NCBI GenBank assembly: GCA_004431415.1
Contig: QPMI01000453.1
Location: 124,001 to 188,000 of the forward strand
Source: Cyanophora paradoxa CCMP329
Taxonomy: Eukaryota > Plantae > Glaucophyta
Direction of reading: 5' to 3'
Length of the DNA stretch: 64,000 bases
Of the stretch, positions 11,609-24,392 are shown piece by piece. The notes beneath the pieces were generated by a model. It did not search any database. It was not told where the DNA came from and saw only the letters and a list, made by a program, of their open reading frames with translations. The position numbers were made by a program, and so were the translations under genes. Position 1 is the stretch's first letter; each line of letters begins with the position of its first letter.

Positions 11609-13806
11609 TAGATTTAAATACTAAGCTATTTAGTATACGTAGTTCACTGACTAGCAGGCGCAGCTGCAGCCGCGTTGCCATTTCCTAGCGTTCGGGGAAT
11701 GGCCATCATGGCATGGGAGGCCTAGGAGCGGTACCGGTGGGGGAAGGGGAGCGAGGAAGGAGAGCGCGAAAGGGGCCAGGCCTAGGGAGCAAAGGCGAAC
11801 GCCGTGCCACGGTGCCGCCAGTGCGTCCGACGCGTACGGCAGATCGAATTTGATCTCGCCGCTTTCTTTGCTTAAGGCCACGCGGGTACTACTACGGTAT
11901 ACGTACGATCGCGAACGTTGCCGTCGTCTGCGAAATCTGACAAGTAAGAAATCAAAATTTGATGCCTATATATATATATAGCTATAGCTAGTGCGCATGC
12001 GAGGGGAATTTGGAAGAGAGCGCGCGGGCCCGCGGCATCGATTAATATTCCCAAGGCGGCCCGCGATCGGTGCGCGCGCTGTGCTGGGGGCGGGCGCCGG
12101 GCGGGGGTGGTTAAGCCTGATTCAGCCGAAGAGGGGTACGAAAAACTTTCCCACCGCGTCGGCGCGCGGCTGGCTGCGGCCCGTCCATGGCGCCGCCGCT
12201 GTCGCTCAGCGTGACCAGCGTGAGGTAGGCGGCTGGCGCGCCGAGCGGCGGCGCGAAATGGGCGTCGAGTTGGCGCCTCGGCAGCCGGCCTTGTCGCCGG
12301 CCATTCCGCAGGAGATTCAGGAGCGCGCGCGTCAGGGGTTAGCTTCTATGATGTCTCCGGCTCGGCGAGGAGTGCCGCGGGAGCGGTCGCGGCGACGTCG
12401 GATGGCCGCAATGTCGGCCAGCTTTCGCGCAAAGCCCGCGCCGCCATGCGCCGCAGCGTTAGTGAACGCGCGGTAGCCGTGGCGTGGCACACTGGCGCGG
12501 CGACGTGTTCCGTCAACACGCGGACGGCGCCCGGCCCCTGCTCCCTTGCTTGGCAGCTGGGGCTCATCGGCGCTCTCTCATTTCGTTCCGCTCCTCATTT
12601 CTTCGCAGTCGAGTCGCTAGATGGCGGCTTTTTTCCACATGCAGGGAAGCTCAGGTCTTTCCGTCGACTTTTGCTTGTCAGGCGTAGTGCCTCTCCTGCC
12701 CTCCGCTATACGTGGGTCTTCCCTAGGGCGGACTTCCACGTCTGGAGGGTGTTTGCGCGCTCTGTTTGCCTTCATCGGTCTGCGTAGGGCGCTGGGCTTT
12801 TTCTGCGCAGGTGTATCTTTCGGCCTCTCGCCCCATTTGTAGATATAGGACGTAGATAGAATTTCCCACCACTTAGACAGAGCACAGCACTCGACGGTCC
12901 TCAATGTTATCTAGTCGGAGAGATAAATTGGGCGATGTGAAACTCCTAGTAGTTGTTGTTGTGTGCTAATGCAAATCCTGCGAAGCCTGATTCAGCCTGA
13001 TAAATTCTGATTCAAGCCTGCAGCGGAATCCTATATATGATATCGAAATCGATCCTCCGAACTCGAAGTAAGGCTACCGCTGAGCCTGTTCTGCCATGGC
13101 CAGCTAGGCCTGTCTCTGCCTGATTAAAGCATTATTCAAATCAGGCTGAAACAGGCTCTGGCGACCCCCCTTTTAATTTAATATGGCTAGTGCGCGCTGC
13201 TGCGCGGGCGGCGCCGTGGACCCGGGATCACACCGAGACGTCGACGTCCCGCGGGGCACGTGCACGGCAATTGCAAATTTAATGGCAACATGTACACCCC
13301 CGCCGCGCGCGGCGCCTTGGAGCCTTTTGAAAACGCTCGTTCTCCTTATCTTTTGCGTTCTTCTAGATCTGATCGTGTCCCTTCTCGTGATCCCTCTTGA
13401 TTCTGTATTTTGTGCTACTTTACTGTATCTTTGATTTGTGATTGCTTTGTTGTCCTTAATATCACTACCTACGGGGGGTTCGCCCCACCGTAGTCTCTCA
13501 AAATGTTTTTTGAAAACAATAATATTAATATTCAAGAGATGGGGAAGAAAGGATGGGGCCGGGATATCAATTCAAGGGACGAAGGAGTTCTAGTCGATCG
13601 AAGGAAGGATGAAAAGGGGGGGGGGGGGGGGGGGGGGGGGGGGCGGAGGGTGTGAAAGGGGGGAGGGGGGGCGGGAACCGGAGGATCGAGGGGTCAGATC
13701 ATGATCAGAGCTGGTTCGCGCTAGCGGGGGTGTAAAAGAGGGGGGTATACCGGAGGATCAAAGGATCGGATCGGATCGGATTGGATCGGATCCGGACCGG
13801 CTAGCG

Positions 13807-16108
13807 CTAGCGGGCCATGCCGAAGAAGCGGATGGTGGCGTCGACGAGGGGCGCCGGGAGCATCGCGAGCGCCGCCAGCACCGGCGCGTACGTGTACCTA
13901 TCAAGTGAAGTGAAGAAGTTAAGAAGGCAGGAAAAGTGGCGCAGGCAAGCGCAGTCAAGAGCTTCTTTGGGCGTCTAAGCTTCTTTCTCAGCTGCAACTC
14001 TCTAAGCTCTTAGAGACGCGGGGCTAGCGCTAGTGCGCCGGTCTGTCTGTACATGTGCCCTCGGAACCGAGGAAAATTAAAGCGGACCGCCAGCACCGGC
14101 GCGTACGTGTACCTAATAATAACAATAAGCTTAGAAGCTTAGGAAGTTCCAGCTGCGACTTCCTAAGCTCTTAGGGACGCGCCGGCGGGGCTAGCGCTAG
14201 TGCGCCGGTCTCTCTGTGCCCTTGGAACCGAGGATAACTAAAGCGGACCGAGTGCGGGGCCAGGGGGAAGTCAAGAAGTTAAGAAGGCAGGAAACTTGAA
14301 AGGTAGCGCAGGCAAGCTTAAGCGCGGCCAAGAGCTTCTTCAGGCGTCTAAGCTTCTCCTAAGCTTTTAGAGACGCGGGGCTAGTGCGCCGGTCTGTGCC
14401 CTCGGATCCGGAACCGAGGAAAACTTGAAAGCGGACCGGGTGCGGGGCCAGGGGGCGGTGAGTGCGTGCAGGATGCCGCGCACGATCGGCTCCGGCCCGG
14501 TCGCCTTCCTTATGTCCCCCATCGCCGCCTCCGCCATCCTGGAGGCTTCTTAGTTAGGCTTGCAAGTCATGATCAGGCTTAGCGTAGGCTGCCTAGCAAG
14601 GAATCTCGGAGGCTTCTAAGTTATAATTAGGCTTAAGCGTACATATGCCTCCGCCATCCTGCCCGCGCGGGCCACTTAGGCGGGGGTACGGGTACGCCGG
14701 ACGCACTTCATCACGTCCGGGCCGTACTCGGGGCTTCGCGCCAGGACCTGCGCTTCGAGTCTCGAAAGGGGGGGGGGGTGGAGGGAGGGGGGTACGGACC
14801 GGCGCCATCATGCCGGGTACGTCGCCGACCATGCCCGTGCGAACGAAGAAGGGCTCCACGATCGCCACGCCGCAGCCGTGAGGCAGCAGCTCCCGCCGCA
14901 GCGAGTCCCCGATACCCTCCTGCCGGAAGAATTCAAAAATTCAAATTCGAAAAAGGGGGTACGGGAAAAGGCGGCGCACGAGTGCGAACTTGGTACCTGC
15001 CGGTCGAATCTGAGGACTCCGGAGCGAGGTGAGGCAAGATAATGAGGGCGGCCCGGCGGAGGGGCGACGGCCAAATCACCAGAGCAATGCGAAGGGAGAG
15101 TGGCAACCGGCTCAGATCAGATCATATCGGATCGGATCAGATCAGATCAGATCGGCCGGGGGCTCAGAGCTCGTGACTAGAGCCGCGCCCCAGGCACGCA
15201 CGCACCGCAATAAGGTCCCCAGAAAGGCAAGCCGTACCTCCCCGCCACTGCGTCGTCGTCAGAGCCGGCGTCGGCGTCGGAAGGCGGGGGGGATGATGGG
15301 AGGGGGGTAGGCGCACTCGACGCGATGAGGACGATGCGGCCCCGGGAGGGCCGGATCAGCGGGAGGAGCGCCTGCGCGCACGCCACGCTCCCGTGCACGT
15401 TCACTGCACAGCGGCGGCGCCTGACCGTCAGCTTCAGACGGGGGTCCGTCGGACGGCGCTCGCTCGTACTCACCGTCGAAGCAGCGCTTGAAATCCTCCT
15501 GCAGAGGCAGCGGGCTTCAGAGCGCAACAGATGGAGCGCTAGCTGCAGTGGCGTGGCTCGCTCGCACCATAGGGACCGTCTCGATGGGGCCCAGCACGGC
15601 GATACCTGCGCATGCGCACGTGCGGGGGGCGCCGTTAGCTAAACCCGGCGAGAACAGGCATGCCGGCGCGCCGCGCGTATCTCTCGCGCAGGCGCGAGCC
15701 GCACCTGCCGAGCACACGAGCCCCACGCGGCCCGCGCCCGCGACCTCTTCGACCACGCCCCTCATCGCGGCGATGTCCTCGGCTTTCGTCACGTCCAGTA
15801 CGACGGTCCCTGCGTTTCGACCGGTCAGCTGAAAGCGCGCGGAGCCGCGCGTGACGAGCGGCGGTACGGCGCACGGAGGCGGCCGCTGCTGGACTTCTTT
15901 GACAGGGCCTTGCCCTCGTCCGCGGACAGGACGCCCGCGACGACCGTGAAGCCGGCCGCATTCAGAGCGAGCGCGGTGGCCTCGCCGATGCCCGTGCCCG
16001 CGCCTAAGGAGATCAAATCAGCGGGAGAGCCGCGCGAAGCTCGGGATCATGCGCACCGGTTACGACGACCGTGTACGGCTGCAGGGGGCGGCCCCAGAGC
16101 GCGCCCAT
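13807..16108 (-). CDS. Classical short-chain dehydrogenase/reductase (RDH/17-beta-HSD-like)
   Basis: VVVT|GAGTGIG cofactor motif, LDVT, VNVHG, IVLIAS, catalytic YC|GTK (YxxxK split by an intron), EGIGDSLRREL, IVEP; stop after FFGMAR. Confidence 0.9.
13872..14440. repeat. Degenerate 2-3-fold tandem duplication within the last SDR intron
   Basis: gctagtgcgccggtct...ggaaccgagga...aaagcggaccg occurs three times; ccgccagcaccggcgcgtacgtgtaccta occurs at 13872 and 14087. Confidence 0.8.
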
Positions 16109-16268
16109 CTTGCTTTGCGGCTTGCCAGGGGGTACTCTGACTTTTTCAAATAGTTCCAAACCTCGCTTCTCCTCGTTCCCTCAGTCCTCTCGTCTTTTCC
16201 TAGCAGCATCGCATAGCTCTAGGATCTCATTTGTCCACCCAGGCTCGGTCTGGCCCCCGGAACGGTCG

Positions 16269-17376
16269 ATGGAGGAGGCAGCGCGGCTCACGGAACAGGA
16301 GCAGCCGGCGGCATCGCTCACAGCTAGGTTTCTCGGCAATGAGCCAGATGCGCTCGTTGGAGACGTGCTGAACGCCGTGAACGACTACATCTGTGACAGC
16401 GCCGACTCGCTCGAAGATTTCCTCGCCAGCGACCAGTCGGGCATCGGCAAGGAGAAGGAGAAGGAAGTAGTAGCGAAGGAGGTGCGGAAAGACAGCCCCA
16501 GCGCCGCTCCCGAGTCCGGCAGCTAACTTCGCGCAGGTCGCCAACCGGGTCTATGACTGCCTGCGCGGCTCTTTCAACAAGAACTTCAAGCTCTTCGAGA
16601 CGTTTGTGCTAAAGAACGTCCTGCATGTGCCCCACGACCTGCACGTCCCAGAGCTAGTGCGTGGCCCGCCCCTCCTGCCGACCTGGCCGCCGCAAGTCCC
16701 TGAAGCCCACGGCAGCAGTCCCCGAAGGCGGTAAAGAAGCACACAGAAGAGGAGATCGCGCAGCTGGATGCGGAGCTGGACACGCTGCGGAAGCGCCTCG
16801 TGGGGGTTCGCTTCCTCTCCCGCGCCGAGCCGAGCCGAGCCGAGCCGGCCGCCGACGCGGCGCGCCCCGCGCAGGCTCGGCACTTGCGCCAGGCGATGAA
16901 CGCCGAGCTGGAGAGCCTCGGATCCGACGATTTCCGGCGCCTCAAAGAGTTCGCCGAGAACCTGCGGCCCCTGAACAGGCCGCTTCCGGAGTCTGGTGCG
17001 CGCGCGCTCCCGGACAGCGTGCGAGCGGAAGGCGCGCGCGCCCTGACGGGAGGCAGGGCAAACGCTGGAGGAAGGCATCAAGAAGCTGGCGGCGGAGTCT
17101 ATGGAGCTGCGGGAGTTCCAGGCTCGCATCGACCCGGCGCTCAGGGAGCTGATCAACGGGCGCGCCGGCGCGTCCTCGGGTTCGAAGCGCAAGGACCTGG
17201 GTGAATGCCGCCCGCCCGCACGCCCGTCGCGCATATAATGCGATTTGATCCGCCGATCAGACGAGGGGCGGAGCCCAGAGGAGCGGTACAAGCGGCGGCG
17301 GGAGGAGCTCCAGACGGCAACGAACGTGGGCGAGGACCTCGCGAAGCTAAGGGGCCACCTGATCGGCGCGCGGTAG
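16269..17376 (+). CDS. MIS12: Kinetochore protein Mis12
   Basis: RFLGNEPDALVGDVLNAVNDYI and FNKNFKLFETFVLKNVLHVP match the two conserved Mis12 blocks, followed by coiled coil; GT-AG introns keep frame to TAG at 17374-17376. Confidence 0.75.
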
Positions 17377-17495
17377 GGCGCGCGTTCTTACGTACGTGCG
17401 CGCCATGGATCGAATTTTTACTGTTGTACAACGCGAGAAAGAAGAAGGAAACGGAGCGACTAGGCTACGCTAGCTATAGGCCAAGCTAGGCTGGG

Positions 17496-18961
17496 CTATG
17501 GCCCGAGCGCGTCGGAGTCGGACGGGTCGGCCTGGGCCCAGCGGGCGTGGATGCTGTAGTCGGAGACGAGGGTCCGCGGGGGCGGGGAGCCGGGGCGGGG
17601 GGTACCCAGGCAGCTGGCGGCCACGGGGGCGACTGCGGGGGCCCTGGAGTAGTAGACGGAGAGTGCGCGCAGGGGCGGCCCGCGGGCGCGGAGCGCGGCG
17701 AGGAGGGCTGACACCGCTTGGTCGGATTCGGATTCGGCGGAGGGGGCTGCGCAGCAGGGCGCGCGGCAGTCGACGATGCTGACGAGGGCCGAGCGGAGGG
17801 GCGGGGGGCGGGGCGAGGGGCCGGCGGCCAGGGCGCGGGCGAGGGTGGGGAGGGCGCAGGGGCAGGCCTCGAGCTCCAGAGCGACCAGCGCCGGTCCGGC
17901 CCCGGCGGAGAGGACTGACGCGGCCCAGGCAGCAGAGGCGCCGGAAACGCCGTAGAGGCGGAGCTCCCGGGGTCCCGTCCTGGCCAGGCGGCAGGCGAGG
18001 GGCATCAGCGGGGGCGGACGAGGGCCGCCCTCCGCCCCGTCGTCCTCGCCGCCGCTGCCGCCGCCGTCCCCGGCGCGGCCGGACGGGGCTCGGAGCTCCA
18101 GGCGCCCCAGGCGGGCGTTGAGGGGCGGCAGCCAGTTCCGAGCCGCGTCCTCTGCGGCGATGTGCGTCCGGCCGAAGTCGATGCAGAACCCCTCCAGCGT
18201 GGCGAGGGCGGGCGCCAGTGCAGCGACGGACGTCCCGAGCTGCCGCAGGGAGAGGCCGGCCGCGCCCTCCGGACCCAGCTCGCCACGGACTTCGAAGGCG
18301 CGCCCTGGAAACAGCACGCCGGGCGGCATGCGGCCACGCCTCCTGCATAGCGCGAGCTCCCCCAGCAGCGTGATGTCGACGCCGACCTTTGCCGCGGGAA
18401 AGCGCGCCGCCAGCGCGCACGCGGCCTCGACGTAGTCCTGTGAGGCGCCCGTGCTCCGGTGCTCGAACGACAGCGCCTCCGCGGGCGCCGCCTCTGCCGA
18501 GTCGCGGCCCATGAGCCGCAGGACGATCCGCAGCTCCGCGGCACCTTCGGCGAGCGGCTCAGCGGCGCGCCATCAAATGCTGATCGGCGCCGGCTCACCG
18601 CAGGACGCATCGCAGACGACGCGGGCCACGCGCACGGCGCTCCTGCCGGTGAGGATCGCACTGAGCCGTCCCGTGTCGTAGGGCTCACGCTGGTAGCTGT
18701 AAGCTGCTCTCGGGCGCAGCCGTTCCGAGGACACGAGCACGCGAACGCCGTCGGCCCAGGCCGCGCGGCGCCAGGACTGCGCACACGGCAGCGGTGAGCC
18801 TCATTGCATACAGCAATTGGATGCGCATTGCATAGCTCCTTGAGCGCGGCATGAACCTGGGAGACACAGGAGGCGGATCGGCGCTCCACGACGGAAAGTT
18901 GCGCGAGGATGAGCGCCAGCACGTCCGAGGGCAGCGCGCCGATCCCCGTGCCGCCCTCCAT
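17496..18961 (-). CDS. F-box-like protein with degenerate LRR-like C-terminus
   Basis: N-terminal IGALPSDVLALILAQLSVVERRSASCVS (F-box pattern); long Leu/Ala-rich last exon (ORF 17496-18512). Confidence 0.65.
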
Positions 18962-19231
18962 GCTTTCAGGGTCCTCAACCTCTTCAGAAAGGCCCAGGCT
19001 GCCGCGCTGGTTCAAGCTGGGTTGCGTCCTGGGGGTAGAGCCTCACGCAGTTTCGCGGGGTCTTGCTTCCAAGTTCCCGATCCGTCGCTTTTACGCGCTT
19101 CTCTGACGGCTCAAAACCGGTAGCTAAGGCATCCGCAGCCGCTGATCTCTTTGAGGGGAGCTTGAGCCAACACGAGGCAATCTTTGAGCGCAGCTCCAGG
19201 GCGCTTAGCTAGGGGCGGTAGCTGGCCGGCG

Positions 19232-20616
19232 ATGTCGTCGAAACGCGCGAGCGGCTCAAAGGACGCGCCAGCGGGCCGGAGCGCCGAGCTGCACGACCCG
19301 GTGCTCGACCCGCAGCGCGAGAACGGGCTGCTTGCCGCGCTCTCGGACTCCCGCAAGCTCGCCGACACGCCCTTTGCCTTCGTCTGGGGCTCGCTGGAGG
19401 CGCTTTTCGCTGTGGCCGTGTCGATCCTCCTCCATCGCTTCGTCATCGCGGTCTTCGACGCTCCCGTCTACCACCACATGAAGGCCACGACCGCTCCGAA
19501 CAAGGTCCCTCCCCCTGCGCTCCGCTCCGCGCCGCGACCGCCGCACCGCGCGCGCCGCCGAGGATTTGATCGCCGCTGCCCGCAGTGCCCTCCCTCGCTC
19601 CAGGGCGCCGACCTCGCATCCTGGCTGGCCTGCCACGCGGCTGCGGATTTGCGCTACTTCGCCATCGACGTACCCCGCATCTGGGCATCCACCGCGCTGC
19701 TCATCGGCGCCCTGCTCCTCATCTTCGGCCCCTTCTTCCACCTCTCGCCCCTCGCCCTCCTCCGCCGGTCCGTCCGCGCCCTGCTAGCTCGGCGGCTTCA
19801 GGCCTTGCCGAGCCCGCCCCGCCCCGCCCCGCCCCGCAGGATGGGCCTCGGCCTCCGGCGCCCGAGCGGAACCTTTTGGGCCGTCGCGCTGATGCTGGCT
19901 CTCGAGCTGGGCCTCCAGTACGGGTACCAGATTGTCACGGGGGACTACGTTCTCACGCTCGAGAACCTCACGGCGCGTGACGACGGGCACCTCATGTACG
20001 GACGGGTACTCGATATGCTCCTGGTGACGCCCGTCCGGGAGGAAATCGTGTACCGGGGCATCGTCTTCCACCTGGCCTTCAACCGCTGCCGCGCCCGCGG
20101 GCCGGCCGTGGCCCTCGCCGCCGGCCTCTTCGGCGCCGTGCACCTCATGAACCTCGTATCGGGACACCTCTCCCCCGCCTACATCACCATGCAGGCCCGC
20201 GCCTTCCTTTCCTCGCGTACCCCTCCCCCTCGCCCTTTCCGAGCGTACCCCCTCCCGGCCGGCCGCAGGTTCTGCTGGGTACGCTTATCGGCGCGTACTA
20301 CTGCACGCGGCTGCTGCTCACGGGGTCTCTGGTGGAGACGATCCTGCTGCACGCCGCCAACAACGCCTGCAGCGTCTTCATCCCCTTCCGCTTCGGGCTC
20401 GAGAGCCCCTTCCTCCGCGCCTCCCGTGCGCCTTCTTTTGAATTTGAATTCCGATTCGTGTACCCCCTAGGCCTTGCTCTCTTTATACCGATCCCCGCTT
20501 CGTTCGCAGTTGCGGTGACGTTCCTCTTCTACTCGGCGGCCCTCGCGGTCGACGTGGCGCGGCTCGCGGCGCCCGCGCCCGCGCCCGCGCCCGCCCCTGC
20601 AAAGAAGTCCTCCTAG
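19232..20616 (+). CDS. CPBP/Abi family (type II CAAX-like) intramembrane metalloprotease
   Basis: Motifs PVREEIVYRG, LFGAVH, ILLHAANN and several hydrophobic segments. Confidence 0.85.
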
Positions 20617-20712
20617 CTACAGCTTAGCGCAGCTTAGCTCGACTAAGCGGGCCCCCGTCCTCGCGAAGACATTTGATCTTAGCTTGATTGAGCGGTTCAT
20701 AGCTGTAGCTAG

Positions 20713-22377
20713 CTACGCGAAGGGGTTCGGGGGCGGGCCCTTGCACGTCTTCGGCGGCATCTGAAAGTCCCTCTCGAGGAGGCCCAGCCGCCCCCTGCAC
20801 TCCAGCACCGCTCCGAAGACGCCGTCCCCCAGCCAGTGGTCGTGCTGGGGGTACACCGGCAGCCGCTCCACCAGCTTCCAGTCCGGCCCCATCGCCTCCC
20901 GCAGGGCCGCCAGCGAGGGGAAGGCGTACCCCGGGTTCACCTCGTCCTGCGGAGGTGGAGGGGGGTTAGGACCGGTATTGGGGGTACAGGTGCGAGCCGA
21001 AAAAAGCGTACCCTGGGGCTCAGGCCGCCCAGATCGCGTGCCCCGGCTTCGAGGCACTCCCGCAGGATGGTCGCCGAGGGGACCAGGTTGGGGGGTACCT
21101 GGATCGTGACGTCGGGGGGTAGCATGCGGCGGGCCTCCTCCTGTGAGTTCGAACGTCAGAGCAGAGGGGAGGGAAGGAGGCCGGGCGGGACGGGGCTGGG
21201 GCGTACAACAATGGAGGGAAGCTCCGCCCGGTCGAAGGGGGTACCGGACTCGTTGAAGGCGCCGGGGGCCTGCCCGCCCGGCTTCTCGTTCGCCCCGGGG
21301 CTGAAAGGCTGCAGGATCACCTGCGGGGGGGGGGGAAGAGAACGTTCGTCCGGCCCGGAGGAACGGGGAGGACTCGGAGGAACGCTCGCCTCCTGGACGT
21401 GCCCGTACTTGGCGGCGCTCTCCGCGATCGCAGCGAGGCTCCGCCGCCTGTGATCCTCAGACTCCCCAATCCCCTGCGGCCGCAGGCGCCTCGCTTAGGA
21501 AAGCGCACGAAGGTGGCGGAGGCGGGGGGGGGGGGGGGGGGGGGGGGACGGGCGGGACGGGCGGACGAGGAGGATGCCGGTGGTGAAGGGTACACGGAGC
21601 TCGCCGGCCCAGCGGAGCTGCTCGAGGCGGAGCTCGGGCCGCTTGCTCGGGGCGTGCCTGTGGACCGAGGAGAGCAGCGCCGGGTCCGTGCTCTCCACCA
21701 TCAGCCCCATCGACGCGTTCACCTGCGCGGATCAAATTCAGATCAAATTGTATCCATATCGAATCGGATGCGGACCTCTTTGAGCTTTGCCATCTCGTCG
21801 CGCGATAGGGGGCCGGCGTTCGTGTGCGGGAGCATCCCCTTGCGCAGCGCCAGCTCGCAGATGTCGTAGATGTGCTTGAACCACTCGCCTCTCCGAGTCG
21901 AGTTCGGCGACACCTGCGGTCCGGTGAGCCCCGACGGCGCCGCGATGCGAGCCCTCGCGGAGGCGGCGGACCTCTCCCGACAGAACTGCAGCGCGGAGCG
22001 GAGTAACAAGATCAGCACGGCGCTCGAAGCGCTTCAAAAGCGCGGCGCGACGCACCGAGGAGCTCGCACGCGCCGGCTGCCTTCGCCTCGTCGATCTGTT
22101 GCTCCGCCTCCTCGAGCGACAGGAACGGCTTGTGAGAGAGCGGAGCGCGAAAGTTGCAGTAGCTACAGCGATTGAAGCATTCGAAGGTCGGAACTATCGT
22201 CCACGAGGCGCTGTAAGTGATCTCGTTGTCCATCCGGCCGGCGAAGGAGCCCGAGCTGTGGCGGACGAGCTGCGCGAGCGGTGCTGCCGCCGCGTGCGTA
22301 GGTTGCGGCAGGCCGAGGCGATGAGCGATCGCCGGGCCGCGGCCGCGCGCCAGCGCCGCCCGACCGGCGCCGATCAT
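20713..22377 (-). CDS. cofG: FO (8-hydroxy-5-deazariboflavin) synthase subunit CofG, radical SAM, with N-terminal presequence
   Basis: ITYSASWTIVPTFECFNRCSYCNF (CxxxCxxC), LPHTNAGPLS, NASMGLMVE, HAPSKRPELRL, PFTTGILL, HVQE|VILQPF, IQVPPNL, GARDLGG, DEVNP, ERLPVYP. Confidence 0.9.
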
Positions 22378-22528
22378 CACTGCGTGCGGGGGATCGACCG
22401 GGGTTGGCGCAATACGTTGAGCACGCTAGCTACGTCCTCCGCAAGTGGTACGCTCCCGCAGCTGTTAGCTAGCGCCGTGGTCGCTAGGTGTGACCTGTAC
22501 CCCTCGCAACCAGTTCCCGAAAGCGAGA

Positions 22529-24334
22529 ATGACCGAGCCGCAGCGTAAAAGGAGGCGATGGGACGAGCCGGGCGATGCGGGTGGCAGCCCTTCGCCGCCC
22601 CCGGCAGTCGGAGTCGCCGGCCTCACTCCTGTCCAGCAGCTCGCGATGTCTCTGAGCGCGACGGGCGTTCCGGCTGGAGCGGCAGCAGATGCCGCTCGCG
22701 AGGCTGCAGCACGGGCCGCGCGAGAGGCCGCGGCGAAGATTAATGAGCAGCTCGGCAAGCAGCAGCCGCCCACGCCCAGTGGCGTTTTGGTCGGCGTTTC
22801 GAAGCCTGGCGCGCTTTCCGATTCGACCTCCGCTCCCAGCGGCCCCGTCCAGAAGGAGTTCCCGATTGTGAGCGACCTCCTTCGCGCTGCTTCGGCATGC
22901 TCATGTCCTGACGCCCCGGCAGAACCATTACCCTCCACACCTGCGCTTTCTGCTCACAAAGGGAGACAATCATCGAGCAATAGCGGCGGAAACCGGCGCG
23001 TCTGTGACAAACAAGGCATGCCATGCCGCGAGGCTGCGCATCGTTCGCGCATCTGACCGGTTTTCGCAGGGCAAGTACGTGCCGCCGGGGCAGCAGGCTG
23101 TCGGCGATGAGAAGCCGCTGTACCTTCTCGTTTCGGGGCCCTCGGAGGAGGCGGTCGAAAAGGCGATCGACAAGCTGCACACCATCGCGCAGTCCAACGA
23201 CGGCAAGAGCCAGCGGCCAGAGTTCGCGGTGGGTCGCTCTTCGTCGACCACGCGTCCGCGCGCCGCCTGAGCTCAGCCCCGCAGCCGCGAGCCCCGCGCA
23301 TGGTGTCGTATCGCGTGTGGGTGAACATGCAGGTGCGCCGCACGCATCGCCGCCGCCGGTCGGCGATTCCGCTCCGCTCACGCTGCGCGGCAGCCGATGG
23401 ATGGGTTCGATCTGTTCGGCAAGCTCCGCGGCCCCGACGTGCGCCCGCTCGCGCCGCGCCGCCGCGGCCGCCGATTGCTCAGCCGAGGGCGCAGGACTCG
23501 TACCTGAAGCACATCGAGAAGGAGACGGGTGCGATGCTCTCGATCCGCGGCCGCGGCTCGGGTTTCAAGGAGGAGAGCGGGGAGGGTGCGGCCGCCCGCC
23601 CGTTCCGCCGCGACCCGCCGTCGCCGAGCGCTGAAGGCGCGCCGCAGAGTCTGCTGAGAACCTGCACGTCTTCTGCCAGGCGCCGAACCATCAGGTTCTG
23701 GACAGCGCCAAGTCTCTCGCCAGCAACCTCATCGCGACCGTCCGGAAGCAGTACGACGAGCACAGGCGCGCGGGCGCGAATCGCGTACCCCGGCACCCCT
23801 CGCCGCGTACCCCCTCGTCGCGCTGACGCGGGATACAGGGCCTCGAAGATACCGAAGCCGCCCCCGCGCCCCGCCCCGGGCCCCTACGGCGCCTACCCCC
23901 CTCCCCCCTACGGCATGTACCCGGGTGCTCCCGCCTACGGCTACCCTGGGGCCTACCCCGGCGTGCGTTCATTCCTTGGCGTCGCTGCACATGTCTTAGC
24001 ACTGACACGCTGTCCAGTACCCCCCTGCGTACGGTGCCGCGCCCGGCGCCCCGGCGGCCTACGGCGCGGACGGAGCGGCGGCAGCGTACCCCTCTCCGTA
24101 CGGCGCTGCGCCTGGCGTCCCGGCGGCCTCCGCCGCTGGGGGCGATGCGGCTGGGAGCGCTTCGTCGCCCCAGCCGGCTGCCGGCACAGCGGCCGCTGCT
24201 GCGGCGTCGGGCGCTGCGGCGGCGGCGTACGGGTACGGCGCCTACAACCCGTACGCCGCTTACGGGTACAACTACAACGCGTACGCCGGGTATCCGGGCT
24301 ACGGCGCTGCAGCCGGGGCGGGCGACGCGTCCGG

Positions 24335-24365
<31 letters not shown>

Positions 24366-24392
24366 GGGTCGGATGGATCGGGAGGCTCCTGA
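22529..24392 (+). CDS. KH-domain protein, KHDC4/BLOM7/RIK-like
   Basis: RKRRRWDEP N-terminus, LLTKG...ETGASVTNK|GKY...EKPLYLLVSG, KLRGP.|DSYLKHIEKETGAMLSIRGRGSGF, NLIATVRKQY; Pro/Tyr/Ala-rich tail. Confidence 0.85.

Noticed and set aside
11991-13540. ORFs or an RNA gene between the ABC and SDR genes
   Set aside because: No recognisable domains and no snRNA, tRNA or rRNA signature.
13616-13643. Long poly-G tracts as functional G-quadruplex elements
   Set aside because: Homopolymer lengths look unreliable in this sequence and nothing else supports a function.
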